64,000 nucleotides of DNA from Octopus bimaculoides (lineage: Eukaryota). The stretch spans positions 40,295,915 to 40,359,914 of the forward strand of contig NC_068995.1 of NCBI RefSeq assembly GCF_001194135.2, given 5' to 3'. The translations under genes were made by a program, and so were the position numbers. The notes beneath the pieces were generated by a model. That model saw only the letters and a list, made by a program, of their open reading frames with translations. It was not told where the DNA came from and ran no database searches. This document shows positions 40,801-51,965 of the stretch, one piece after another (position 1 is the stretch's first letter; each line of letters starts with the position of its first letter).

Positions 40801-43800
40801 GAACCTGAATTAAAATAAAAAGTTGTTATTTAACAGACAATCAATTTTCATTGAACAGAAATGACCAAAAGCATTCCAACTTTGACCACCCAACCTGAAA
40901 TAAAAAAACTGAACACAGTTGGAATCATTTGAATCATAGGCTGGTTCAATTATGGCTGACCTGTATCTAAACAACAACAACAACAATAAAAATGCTTAAA
41001 ATACTCAATAATTGTTATTTAGAAAGGAAACTGAAGCAATAGATATCAGCTAATTTCTATAGCAATAATTTGGTGTTAAAGAAAATGGGTAACCAATGAG
41101 AATTATGATCTACACCTTGCTTAATTAAAGGTGTTCCTATCAGATGTGAACATACAAGAATTGGTAATTACTAATAATTACCTTTGGTCTCTGAGGTTTT
41201 CAATTTGACGGGTACTTATACGAATTTTTGGTATTCGGTAATCCCAGGGAACTGCTAAGACACGATCAGCTCGTCGAGGATTTTTCTTCCCTTCTGATTC
41301 CATATTCTACAAAAATAAAAAGCAAAAATAACAGAAAGAAGCAAGAATATAATCTCTAAAGGTCTTATAGACACATGAATTTGAGGCGCAGGAGTGGCTG
41401 TGTGGTAAGTAGCTTGCTTACCAACCACATGGTTCCGAGTTCAGTCCCACTGCGTGGCATCTTGGGCAAGTGTCTTCTACTATAGCCTGAACCCAAAGCA
41501 TGTGGTTGGTAAGCAAGCTACTTACCACACAGCCACTCCTGCACCTACTCCTGCCAGCTCACTGCCATAAAACTATAATAATCCTTTCTACTAAAGGCAC
41601 AACGTCTGAAATTTTATAGGGGAGGGGGACTAGTCGATTACATCAACCCCAGTGTTTCACTGGTACTTAATGTATTGACCCTGAAAGGATGAAAGGCAAA
41701 GTCGACTTTGGTGGGATTTGAACTCAGAAAGTAAGGACAGATGAAATGCCACTAAGCACTTTGCCTGACAGGCTAACAATTTTGCCAGCTTACAACCATA
41801 AAACCAAAAGTAATAATCTTTTCTAATATAGGCACAAGGCCTGAAATTTTATGGAGGGGGGGGGGCTAGTCGATTACTTCAACCCCAGAGTATCACTGAT
41901 ACCTAATTTATCACTCCCAAAAGGATTAAAGGCAAAGTCAACCTCGGCAGAATTTGAACTCAGAATGTAAGCATTTTGCCTGGTATGCCAATGATTCTGC
42001 CAGCTCGTAGCCTTAAAAGAGAAACTATGAGTAATAATAAAATATATTACCTCCTCCGTAACTAAAGAGGCAGCGTAGTCTCGAGAGTTTCTTTGAATGA
42101 TTCCAACTACTTTACCATTTGGCATCACAGTTGACATATCAGATTCTTCATCTTCAGAACCTGTGGAAATAAAAACCGAAAGACAAAAGTGAAGAAACTA
42201 CCATCTCTTGCGCCAAATATTTCTTAGATTGATATTTTAACTGGGTTTAAGATAGCGAGCTGGAAGAACTGTAAGCAGGCTGGGCAAAATGCTTAGCAGC
42301 ATTTCATCCATCTTTACATTCCAAGTTCAAGATCCACCAAGGTCATCATTTTAGGGTTGATGAAATAACTACCAGTTGAACACTAGGGTCAATCTAATCG
42401 ACTTGACACCCTCCTCGGAAATTGCTTGCACTGAACCAGATTTTGACCCAATATTTTAACTGGGTTTATTCATCATTATCATCGTTTAACGTCCGCTTTC
42501 TATGCTAGCATGGGTTGGACGATTTGACTGAGGACTGGCAAGCCAGAAGGCTGCACCAGGCTCCAATGCCAACCACTCCGAGAATGTAGTGGGTGCTTTT
42601 ACGTGCCACTGGCACAAGGGCCAGTCACACGGTACTGGCAATGGCCACGCTCAAAAAGGTGTTTTTTTACGTGCCACCTGCACGGGAGCCAGTCCAGAGG
42701 CACTGGCAACGACCTTGCTCGAATGATTTTCTAACGTGTCACCAGCACAAGTGCAAGAAGGCAACACTGTTAACGATTACGCTCAAATGGTGCTATTTAC
42801 GGGCCACTAGTACAGAAGCCAGACAGCTGTTCTGGCAATGAACACGCTCGGACAGTGCTGTTAGTACTCCACTGGCGCAGGTGCCAGTCGAGTATGGTTC
42901 AATTACGATTTCACTTGCTCCAACAGGTCTTCGCAAGCAGAGTTTAGTGTCCAATGAAGGAGAGGTTGGCATGGGTGCCAGTCGTCAGATTCGGTTTGAT
43001 TTCGATTTCAGATTTCAAATTTCAAATTCACTTGCCTCAACAGGTCTTTGCAAGCAGGGTTATTTTATAAATGGGAGAAGATTTAATCCTTGTTGATATT
43101 TTATAAATGGGAGTAGAGGATTTAATTTAAAATCAGCAGAGGTGAACAACTTCACAACAATTGTCATAGTTTGTGTTCATTTGAGGTAAATTATATATAA
43201 TATTTAGAATGAGGGCTATTGGTTAAAGTATAGAGCTTATGATCATGAGGTTGTGGGTTTCATTCCTGGTACATTGTGCTCCTGAGTAAGGCTCCACATC
43301 TCATGTTGCTCTAATCTTCTTAGTTGAAAATGAGTCCCAGCCAAATGTTAGAGCAGTCCTTTCTTCTTCCAACTGTCACATCAAATACTCTAACTTCAAA
43401 GTTACTGTCAACCTTTTGTTTGTAAAAATATATTTTACGTTTTACATATATGTACTGAGTGCTTTTTATGCTTTTCCAGCTAAAGTTTGTTCCTATATAT
43501 TATTATACATAAAACACACACACGTGTGTGGAAAGCACCAACACCATTTTGACAGTGAGATGGGCTTTTTACATATAAACTAATTATTTAGAGTACATTT
43601 TCGTTAATACAGCAAATCGCACACATGTGCACACATGTGCACACATGCACATACACACACACACTTCCATAACGCAGACCTAGAAACACTATGTTTGAAT
43701 AAGGACAGGATGGTTATAACTAGAACGTTTTCTTTATTGTGATTGTAAGATTGCTTATTTTGGACAATAAGAACTAAAATCTTCAACACCACCAATAGCA

Positions 43801-46800
43801 ACCACAGTGACAACAACAATAACAACGATACAGTAAAAAACATCAATAAAAGATATGATGAATGATTATTAATAATAATTTCCAGCTCACCTTGATTATT
43901 CTCATTAAGAGACATTGACCGGCCTCTCCACTCAGACTTTGGTAATAATTCCACAACAACTAGGTCACCATGAATGGCACGATTTCGGTGAGGCATTCCA
44001 TGAATTAAAATATCGGTATTATCACTTTTGATCTCAGAGCAGCTGAAATTTAATAAACCAAAAAAAAAAAAGTTTTAATTAATAATGCTTCATAGAAATC
44101 ATTGCCATCATTTAGCATCCATGCTGGCATGGGTAAAATGGTTTCACTGGCATTGGTAACCCAGAGAGCTGCACCTGGCTTCAGTCTGCTTTGGCTTGGT
44201 TTCTACAGCCGGATGCCTGTCCTAACACCAACCACTCCACAAAGTCTACTGGGTGTCTTTTACATGTGTCACCAACATGGGTTCCCCTTATGTGTCACTG
44301 ACACAGGTGCTTCTCGTGTGTCACCGGCACTGGCTGCAACTATGATTTGACTTAGCTTGACGTGTCTTCTCAAGAACAGGAAATTGCCAGAAGTCTTAGT
44401 TACTTGTCATTGCTTCCATGAGACTCAACATCTGACGATCATATTTCATCACCTCATCCCGTTGGCACTCCATTGATTATGATGACGAGTGTTCCTGTTG
44501 ATCCGAACAATGGATCAGCCTGCTTGTGAGACAGTCGTGCAAGTGCCTGAGCTCTCCACACATATCTACTCTCAACATAGTCCTCGGAGAGATTCAACAG
44601 GACGCAGAATGTGACAAGGCTGGCTGTTTGAATTACAGGTACCACTCGTTTTTACCAGCCGAGTGGACTGGAGCAGCATGAAATAAAGTGTCTTACTCAA
44701 GGAGACAATGTGCTACCAGGTATCAAACACGCAACCTTACAAATATATACACAGACACACACATAGATGTATGTAACATGGAGACCAGTGCTGCATGTAT
44801 ACAATTATAAGGGGACTGACCTACTACGCTGTAGAAAGGCTTCTCTCTGAGCATCATGTTTGTTAACATTTAAGTGTCCTTTTATGAAGAGACCCGTTTT
44901 GACACCACTCTCAAGACAGTGCATTGGAAGATATCCCAAATATTCTGTTCCTGAAAACACAAGAAAATTGGAAAAAAGAAAATAAATACAAAATCCAAAA
45001 AGAAAATTAATATAAAAGTAAGTAACATGTATATATAAGTATATATATATATATATATATNNNNNNNNNNNNNNNNNNNNNNNNNNNNNNNNNNNNNNNN
45101 NNNNNNNNNNNNNNNNNNNNNNNNNNNNNNNNNNNNNNNNNNNNNNNNNNNNNNNNNNNNNNNNNNNNNNNNNNNNNNNNNNNNNNNNNNNNNNNNNNNN
45201 NNNNNNNNNNNNNNNNNNNNGTAAACACACCAGCATTGGCTGTCAAGCGATGTTGGGGGGACAAACACATACATATATATATATATATACACATATATAT
45301 ATACAACAGGCTTCTTTCAGTTTCCATCTACCAAATCCACTCACAAGGCTTTGGTCGGCCTGAAGCTATAGTAGAAGACACTTGCCCAAGGTGCCACACA
45401 GTAGGACTGAACCCGGAACAATGTGGTTCGTAAGCAAGCTACTTACCACACAGCCACTCCTACGCCTATATATATATATATATATATATATACTGAACTA
45501 CAAAAGAAATGCTGCACTGTAAAAGATTGTTTCACACATTACATTGAGGTTATATGGATTTTATCACATTTCTAAATAATTTAACATCAGGAAGATGTCA
45601 CTGATTCACAACACCACTCTATTTTGAAAATACAAGGATTGCTTGTAGGGTTCGAACTCACTCACTTTTTGAGAACATGGTAATGATAACGAATGCATCT
45701 TTATGAAAAGCATGATGCACGTGAAAAATGTTGATTCATTGGGTATAAAAAGCATCCAAATTTACCAGCCTGTCAGTCATTTCTTGAAAACAGCAAACAT
45801 GCCAAGACTGACATGAAACCAGAAGGAACAAGCCATCGGACGTCTCCATGCTGGTCAACAGGTCATTGCTAATGACTTGAACTGCAGTATTCAGACAACT
45901 GAGCAGCTGAGGGAACAATACAATGTCACAAACAGCATGGATGATTGTCCACGCAGTGGTCGACCGAGGGTTACAATGGCACATCAAGATTGCCACCTGC
46001 ACCAACAGCATTTGCAGGACTGATTCCAAAGGGCAACGGAATCAGCTAGGCAGACCATAGGGACTCACCACAGACCCATGTGTGCAGAGACAGTTTGCTG
46101 TTGGCTGAGATCTTGTCGACATCTGGCTAGGGACCCCATACTCACAGATCGTCACTGACAGGCACGTCTGCAGTGGGCTCAAAAACATCAGAACTGTTGA
46201 TATCAGCAGTGGATGACTGTAGTCTTCTCTGACAAAAGTCAATATTGCATTTCTGTGGAAGATGGCAGAGCTAGGGTTTGAGAAAGGGGTGCATGTCACG
46301 CCGATGGTTGTGTGGAGAGAGATTCATGGGGAGGACAGAGCATCATGGTATGGGGTGGGATTGCATTCAACCTGAAACTTGGACTGGTGGTCTTCCAAAA
46401 CATCAACCAAGGCCAGGGCAATAGAGAAACCACTGCTCACTACATTGACCAAATGTTGAGGCCTCACATTGTGTCATACTTTGCCTATCATCGGAATCAC
46501 GCATTCCAAAATGAATGAAGAATATATCACTGTATGTGTGTGTGTAGATGTGTGTCTATCTTTTACTTGTTTCATTCATTGGACAGCAGCCATGCTGAGG
46601 TACCTCTTTGAAGGGTTTTGTCAAACAAATTGACTCCAGTAATTATCTTTTATGTCTGGTATCTATTCTATCAGTTTCTGTTGCTATACTGTTAAGCAAC
46701 ATGGATGTAAACAAACCGACATCAGTTGTCAAGCAGTGAGTGGTGGGAGTCAAACATACAACACATGACAGACTACCACACAAGTTTCTGTCTACCAAAT

Positions 46801-48478
46801 TCACTCACAAGGCATCAGTCAGCCTGAGGCTATAATAGAAGACACTTGCTCAAAGCACTGCACATAGAGACAGAACCTGAAACCAAAGTAAACTTGTTAA
46901 CCAAAAAGCCAGTATAAAGCATAGATTCTAAAAGCAGAAATCAGACAAGAAACAGAGAAAATAAGCCATAAAGGCTCATTTAATATTTAATCCTTTTACA
47001 GACTCTTAACTTCCAATTTAAAGATGAGTCACATTTTCCAGTATTTGCATTGACAAAGGATTTTGGTCAGCTCCAGCTTTGTCACCAACATAGTATTAAA
47101 TGATTCAAACGAAATATATGGCTTAGAAACAAAGGTTCAAAATTCCTGGTTTTGAATCTAGTGCAGTGCTATGTTCATATGCAGCAATGACACCTTGACA
47201 ATGACAGACAGACAGATAAACAGACAGAGAGGAAAGGTCAAATATGCATTTACCTTTTCGTTTACTGTCTAAAGATGCACGAAGAGATGTGTATAAATCA
47301 ATTATTCCAGGAAGTTCCTCCCAAAAGCTATTCATGTAATCTTCCATCGATAAAACAAAGACGTTCAAAGTTTTGCATCCATATTCTTCAATCATCTAAA
47401 AGACCAACAAAAGTAATTAGACACATGCTTTTTTTTCAAAGTGGATTCTATAGAATCAAGAAATTCTGCAGTGACAGATTTTAGAGAAATAAACTTGCTG
47501 TGCACCTATGATTTAGCTCTTTGGCATTCAAACCAGTCATATCCAGCTCAAATATTCCATCTGTTTTATGTTAAAAGTGGCCAGATGCAGCCTCCCAAAA
47601 CTACCTTACAGTCTCATTCTGAAACTAAACAATTGGCGCAGGAGTGGCTGTGTGGTAAGTAGCTTGCTTACCAACCACATGGTTCTGTCATGTTCTAATT
47701 AATCTTGTTTTTGTTTCTTTTCTCCTTGTATCATTCCTAGGTGTTGCTACACACACACACACACATGTATACACATATATACGATAGGCTTCTTTCAGTT
47801 TCCGTCTACCAAATCCACTCACAAGGCTTTGGTCGGCCTGAGGCTATAGTAGAAGACACTTGCCCAAGGTGCCACGCAGTGAGGTTGAACCCGGGACCAT
47901 GTGGTTGGTAAGCAAGCTACTTACCACACAGCCACTCCTGTGCCTATTTTAATCACAGATCTTAATGGAAAACGTTTGTTACACCCCTGCTTGAAATTTG
48001 GTGGCATTGGGGGTGGCAGCACACCCAATACAACAACCAGCATATGCTACTGCAAAATTGTTGAGTTTGTACATACATGCAATGCGCACATACACATGCA
48101 CACACATCCATTCATTTACCCATATGTACTTCCATACATAGATGGAATTATTTTGTGTGGAAGTGGCAAATAAGGTTTTGTCGGAATACCCCAGTCAGCA
48201 TAAATATGTAGAAGAAACAAACACATTTTTCAAAAGTTATATTGTAAAACAATAATTTTTGCCTGGTTCACTTTATTTTAGAACATGTAAAATGCAGCCA
48301 TGCTTGAGCCAAAGTACACTGTGTAGAGTGGTTGGTTCTAAGAAGGCAATTCAGCTGTAGAAACTATGTCAGAGCAGACATTAGAACATAATACAATTCT
48401 CCAATTTGTTAGATTTTGTCGAACAGTCCAACCCCTGCCAGTATGGAAGACAAACATTAAAAGTGTGCATGCATGCAT

Positions 48479-48517
<39 letters not shown>

Positions 48518-50931
48518 CATGCATCGGCTGTCAAGCGATGTTGGGGGAACAAACAGACACACAAACACACATACACGACAGGCTTCTTTCAGTTTCTGTC
48601 TACCAAATCCACTCACAAGGCTTTGGTCGGCCCGAGGCTATAGTAGAAGACACTTGCCAAAGGTGCTACACAGTAAGACTGAACCTGGAACCATGTGGTT
48701 AGTAAGCAAACTACTTACCACACAGCCACTCCTGGGCCTACAGAACATTTTTTTTTTTAACTCAACAGCAACAACCAGTCTATCACATGTATGGAACCTA
48801 GAAGATCTTTAAAAATTTTGATTGATTCAAAGCAGATATGAACAGAGTTATCAAGGAGGATGCTGAAGACTGAGACACAGAATATTAATCTACAAATACA
48901 GAAACAGCAAAGTCATTTTATAGTTTGATTGGATGTTGAGGCATTGAAAGAGATCAGCAACTCACCTTCATATTATCGGTCACCATTATAACAGGCATTT
49001 GACCATTTAGGTGGTTGTAATACCATTCTGAGACTTTGTAGCAACACCTAGGAATGATACAAGGAGAAAAGAAACAGAAACAAGACTTAATTAGAACATG
49101 ACAGTTAAAATGAAAAAAAGCTTTTGAGAACTTGGAGTAGAGGAATCTATAGACAGGGAGATCAGATAACGAAGAAAGAAATGGAAGAAGAGGAAGATGA
49201 AGAAGAAAATATGAAGGGGAAAAAAAAAAGAAAAATTTATCGGTATTAGTTGTTTTTTTATAGTAAGATAAGCTTACTAATACTGGCTGTATTTGGGAGA
49301 GAGAGAAATGCTTGGGATGGACAGACAGACAGACAGACAGAGCACCTTACCTAGTTTGCCATTCTGATGTTGGTTCTTTTGGCTGTCTTTCACAATACAC
49401 ATCTTCATGAAATTCGTTACAGAATAACACTGATCCTTTACGAGGATCATCCAGGAGAGCTTTGAGTCGTTTCACCTGACGACTGTTACCTTCATACTGG
49501 ACCTAAGTGAAGAATAAAATTATTACATTTTACTTTCATAACATAACGTATCTTCTCCATTACAAAATAGACAACCATTGCTAATACGATTATAGTCTTG
49601 AAGAGATTGAAGCTCAACTCTGGAGATGAAACACTTTGATAGGATCAGTACAGCATCAAACCAAATGTCTTGTGGGATTTGTTCCAGCATTTTATATTCC
49701 AAGTTCAAATCTCACTAAGGTTACCTTTGTTTTTCATTCTTGTAAGGGGCTGATAAAATAAGTAGCACTCAATAAAAATAAGTAGAGCAGTTGATATGAT
49801 CAACATGCAATGCTACTGAATGGCTCGTAAAAGAATATTGCCATCAGTAGAATTTTTTGTATTTTGATGCTAGTTTATCACCATGCCAAAAGCCAAACGG
49901 AAGGAGAACTGGTAAAAGAACAGAATATGCATACACAAAGGTAAAGTTACCTTCTCGAGTCATGGTGACTCATAAGGGCTGGTCTCCTGGTTTCATGGTG
50001 TATATATTCCTCACCTGGATGGGATGTCAGTCCACTGTACAATTACTCATTTTTGCCAGCTGAGTGGATTGGAACAATGTGAAATGAAGTGTTTTGCTCA
50101 AGAATACAACACATTGCCTGGTCTAGGAGTTGAAACCACAATCTTATGATAATGGCCCAACATCCTAACCACTAATCCACACACCTCCACAATATAGTCA
50201 GTGATCAGGTCGCGGTCTCAAAGCAACGAAAATATTTTGGCTTAACTTTCCTTCAATGGACACTAAATTCTGCTTGCAAAGACCTGTTGAGGCAAGTGAA
50301 ATTGAAATCGAAATCAAATTTGATAACTGGCATCCGTGCTAGTGGAGCATTAAGAGCACAATCCGAGTATAATCGTTGCCAGAGCAGCTGACTGGCTTCC
50401 TGGCACGTAAAAAGCACCATTCGAGCGGGATCGTTACCAGCGTCGCCCTACTGGTACTTGTGCTGGCGGCACGTGAAAAAATATTCGAGCGAGGTCGTTG
50501 CCAGTGCCGCTGGGCCGGCTCCTGTGCAGGTGGCACATAAAAAACACCATTTGAGCATGGCTNNNNNNNNNNNNNNNNNNNNNNNNNNNNNNNNNNNNNN
50601 NNNNNNNNNNNNNNNNNNNNNNNNNNNNNNNNNNNNNNNNNNNNNNNNNNNNNNNNNNNNNNNNNNNNNNNNNNNNNNNNNNNNNNNNNNNNNNNNNNNN
50701 NNNNNNNNNNNNNNNNNNNNNNNNNNNNNNNNNNNNNNNNNNNNNNNNNNNNNNNNNNNNNNNNNNNNNNNNNNNNNNNNNNNNNNNNNNNNNNNNNNNN
50801 NNNNNNNNNNNNNNNNNNNNNNNNNNNNNNNNNNNNNNNNNNNNNNNNNNNNNNNNNNNNNNNNNNNNNNNNNNNNNNNNNNNNNNNNNNNNNNNNNNNN
50901 NNNNNNNNNNNNNNNNNNNNNNNNNNNNNNN

Positions 50932-50978
<47 letters not shown>

Positions 50979-51965
50979 ATAAGAAAGGATGACCACTAGG
51001 TGATACATACATGTATGTGTGTATGTATATATATCATCATCGTTTAACATCACTTTTCATGCTAGCATGCGTCTGATGGAATTTGTTGAAGCAGATTTTC
51101 AATAACTACCCATATGTGTAGATTTGTATTTATACATAATAAAAGAAAAACTTACACTGTTAACAACAGTTTGGGGGAATATAATTCCTTTTATCTCCGG
51201 CGTTTCCCATATTTCCAAATAGTCCCTGCATATCTGGCTGTCCAGTACAACATAATGTGAAACATCCAATGATAGAAATACATCATTTTCTGTGGAAACA
51301 AGAACAAAATAGGAAAAATAAGTCATATTTTCAGACAACAACAATCAAAGAACTATAATATTCAGGATTATAAACTTCCTCCATAGAGACGGAATATTTT
51401 TAAATATTAACATCTTCAAGCAGCCTCTCTGTTGCTGGTGTCATAAATCTGCAATGCACCAGTACATACTCTGTAAAGTTGGTGGTTAGAATGATGGAAA
51501 ATATCACAAAGCCTAATGTGTGCATGCATGTATATGTGTGTGTATGCGTGTATGTGTGCATGTGCAAAAGTGCAGACGACTTTGTGTTTGTGGGTGCACC
51601 AGTGGGTTGAAATGCAAGGTAACTTAGCCATTTGTCAAGTAGAGATTGACAAAGTAAGTACTAAGTTTGAGATGATTAAGACATGCAGGTGGTGCCCCAG
51701 CTTGGCCACACATTGACTGAAGCAATTAAAAAGAACAAAAGATTAAACCAACTCATCCACACTTACCTTTATTCGATGTGCAATTGTTCTGGCATAAAAG
51801 ACTTTTGCAAGGAACATCTTTTCGAAGATAGAGTTCTTGTACCATACTAATAACATTGCTTTTCCTGTTCGACTTTAGCCGGAACTGTCTGTTTATTCTG
51901 GAAATCTGGGATATAGAGGTGGCAGACGGAGCTTTCTCAAAGTCATCACTTTCTTCGGCAGTCAT
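19290..51965 (-). CDS. DIS3L: DIS3-like exonuclease 1 (cytoplasmic exosome RNase II-family nuclease); complete CDS, 23 coding exons, 1060 aa
   Basis: All 23 exons join in frame at GT-AG sites; summed length 3183 nt including TAA. Motifs: [86 protein letters not shown]. LALDxY and the degenerate PIN acidic set favour DIS3L over DIS3. Confidence 0.95.
19767..19892 (-). CDS. DIS3L: DIS3L coding exon 22 ([24 protein letters not shown]...)
   Basis: ttgttttag acceptor, AAG|gtaaat donor, 126 nt. Confidence 0.85.
20898..21278 (-). mobile_element. tRNA-derived SINE family C (gcgatggcccagtggttagggcagc...gtttcgattccc)
   Basis: Highly similar second full copy at 30898-31275(-); headless copy at 44455-44645. 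Confidence 0.8.
21604..21649 (-). ncRNA. Hammerhead motif on the opposite strand within the inverted arm (CTGACGA variant)
   Basis: Reverse complement reads ggcacCTGACGAaggctggagggtatatcagccGAAACGTTgtgtt. Confidence 0.6.
22087..22132 (+). ncRNA. Minimal type I hammerhead ribozyme motif (Penelope-like)
   Basis: Stem I GACAC(22087-91)/GTGTT(22128-32); core CTGATGA(22092-98)+A; stem II GGCTG/CAGCC; GAAA(22120-23); palindromic AACGTT in place of stem III; NUH = GTT. Confidence 0.7.
22214..22391 (-). CDS. DIS3L: DIS3L coding exon 21 (S1 domain, [12 protein letters not shown]...LLQHIT)
   Basis: ttccaccag acceptor, ACT|gtaagt donor, 178 nt, phase 2-0. Confidence 0.92.
22832..23470 (-). mobile_element. 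Decayed DD37D (maT/Bmmar1-like) Tc1/mariner transposase remnant with 3' end
   Basis: [10 protein letters not shown]...QQDSAPCH...[17 protein letters not shown] with 37 residues between the two Asp; an in-frame stop and frameshifts; TA-flanked terminus near 22832. Confidence 0.8.
25110..25258 (-). CDS. DIS3L: DIS3L coding exon 20 ([21 protein letters not shown]...NGVLVFVP)
   Basis: tttttcag acceptor, CG|gtatgt donor, 149 nt. Confidence 0.93.
25790..26095. repeat. Low-complexity (GAT/GGT)n trinucleotide mosaic
   Basis: Direct inspection; lies in the DIS3L intron just after coding exon 19. Confidence 0.9.
26112..26219 (-). CDS. DIS3L: DIS3L coding exon 19 ([10 protein letters not shown]...[10 protein letters not shown])
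   Basis: poly-T then gag acceptor, AGA|gtaaga donor, 108 nt. Confidence 0.9.
27661..27810 (-). CDS. DIS3L: DIS3L coding exon 18 ([10 protein letters not shown]...[23 protein letters not shown])
   Basis: RNB signature motif, gttttcag acceptor, CTT|gtaagt donor, 150 nt. Confidence 0.96.
28380..29160 (+). mobile_element. Decayed RTE reverse-transcriptase core interrupted by a family D tail insertion (about 28515-28805)
   Basis: Translations [44 protein letters not shown] resemble RTE RT domains 0-4. Confidence 0.65.
30382..30534 (-). CDS. DIS3L: DIS3L coding exon 17 ([12 protein letters not shown]...DPNDIYFNK)
   Basis: 153 nt, phase 0-0, AAG|gtgaaa donor. Confidence 0.93.
32536..32631 (-). 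CDS. DIS3L: DIS3L coding exon 16 ([20 protein letters not shown]...)
   Basis: 96 nt, TTG|gtaagt donor; conserved VAECMILAN. Confidence 0.95.
34613..34769 (-). CDS. DIS3L: DIS3L coding exon 15 ([10 protein letters not shown]...[11 protein letters not shown]...)
   Basis: 157 nt, phase 2-0, AAG|gtatag donor. Confidence 0.92.
35574..35665 (-). CDS. DIS3L: DIS3L coding exon 14 (TAQALADG...)
   Basis: 92 nt, phase 0-2, AG|gtattg donor. Confidence 0.88.
35780..36113 (-). mobile_element. SINE family H copy with shorter inverted tail at its 5' end (36050-36113)
   Basis: Same head (gcccacaggcatatggcttaatggttaagagc) and hammerhead tail; stem II and the cleavage triplet are mutated (GAAACGAT). Confidence 0.75.
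36127..36424. mobile_element. hAT-type MITE
   Basis: TIRs CAGGGGTTTTCAAACT / AGTTTGAAAACCCGTG and a perfect 8-bp TSD ATTTAGAT (36119-36126, 36425-36432). Confidence 0.9.
36746..36848 (-). CDS. DIS3L: DIS3L coding exon 13 ([10 protein letters not shown]...[16 protein letters not shown])
   Basis: 103 nt, phase 2-0, GAG|gtaaga donor. Confidence 0.93.
38547..38738 (-). CDS. DIS3L: DIS3L coding exon 12 ([16 protein letters not shown]...[11 protein letters not shown]...)
   Basis: 192 nt, phase 2-2, AA|gtaagt donor. Confidence 0.96.
39785..39933 (-). CDS. DIS3L: DIS3L coding exon 11 (catalytic [15 protein letters not shown])
   Basis: 149 nt, phase 0-2; RNase II DPxxxxDxDD motif intact. Confidence 0.96.
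40456..40609 (-). CDS. DIS3L: DIS3L coding exon 10 ([21 protein letters not shown]...)
   Basis: 154 nt, phase 2-0, CAG|gtaagt donor. Confidence 0.95.
41182..41306 (-). CDS. DIS3L: DIS3L coding exon 9 (...[16 protein letters not shown]...)
   Basis: 125 nt, phase 0-2. Confidence 0.95.
42051..42160 (-). CDS. DIS3L: DIS3L coding exon 8 (...[17 protein letters not shown]...)
   Basis: 110 nt, phase 1-0. Confidence 0.93.
43891..44042 (-). CDS. DIS3L: DIS3L coding exon 7 ([25 protein letters not shown]...)
   Basis: 152 nt, phase 2-1, G|gtgagc donor. Confidence 0.95.
44821..44950 (-). CDS. DIS3L: DIS3L coding exon 6 ([19 protein letters not shown]...LNVNKH)
   Basis: 130 nt, phase 1-2, AG|gtcagt donor. 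Confidence 0.92.
45800..46515 (+). mobile_element. Decayed Tc1-like transposase remnant
   Basis: Fragments [59 protein letters not shown], with stops and frameshifts. Confidence 0.8.
47254..47395 (-). CDS. DIS3L: DIS3L coding exon 5 ([20 protein letters not shown]...)
   Basis: 142 nt, phase 0-1. Confidence 0.92.
48966..49047 (-). CDS. DIS3L: DIS3L coding exon 4 ([27 protein letters not shown])
   Basis: 82 nt, phase 2-0, AAG|gtgagt donor. Confidence 0.92.
49351..49502 (-). CDS. DIS3L: DIS3L coding exon 3 ([14 protein letters not shown]...LFCNEFH...EWQT)
   Basis: 152 nt, phase 0-2, AG|gtaagg donor. Confidence 0.93.
51156..51289 (-). CDS. DIS3L: DIS3L coding exon 2 ([34 protein letters not shown])
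   Basis: 134 nt, phase 1-0, AGT|gtaagt donor. Confidence 0.93.
51767..51965 (-). CDS. DIS3L: DIS3L coding exon 1 (MTAEESDD...[18 protein letters not shown]); the exon begins at 51987
   Basis: tttaacag acceptor (51988-51989), ATG at 51965, AAG|gtaagt donor in phase 1. Confidence 0.9.
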
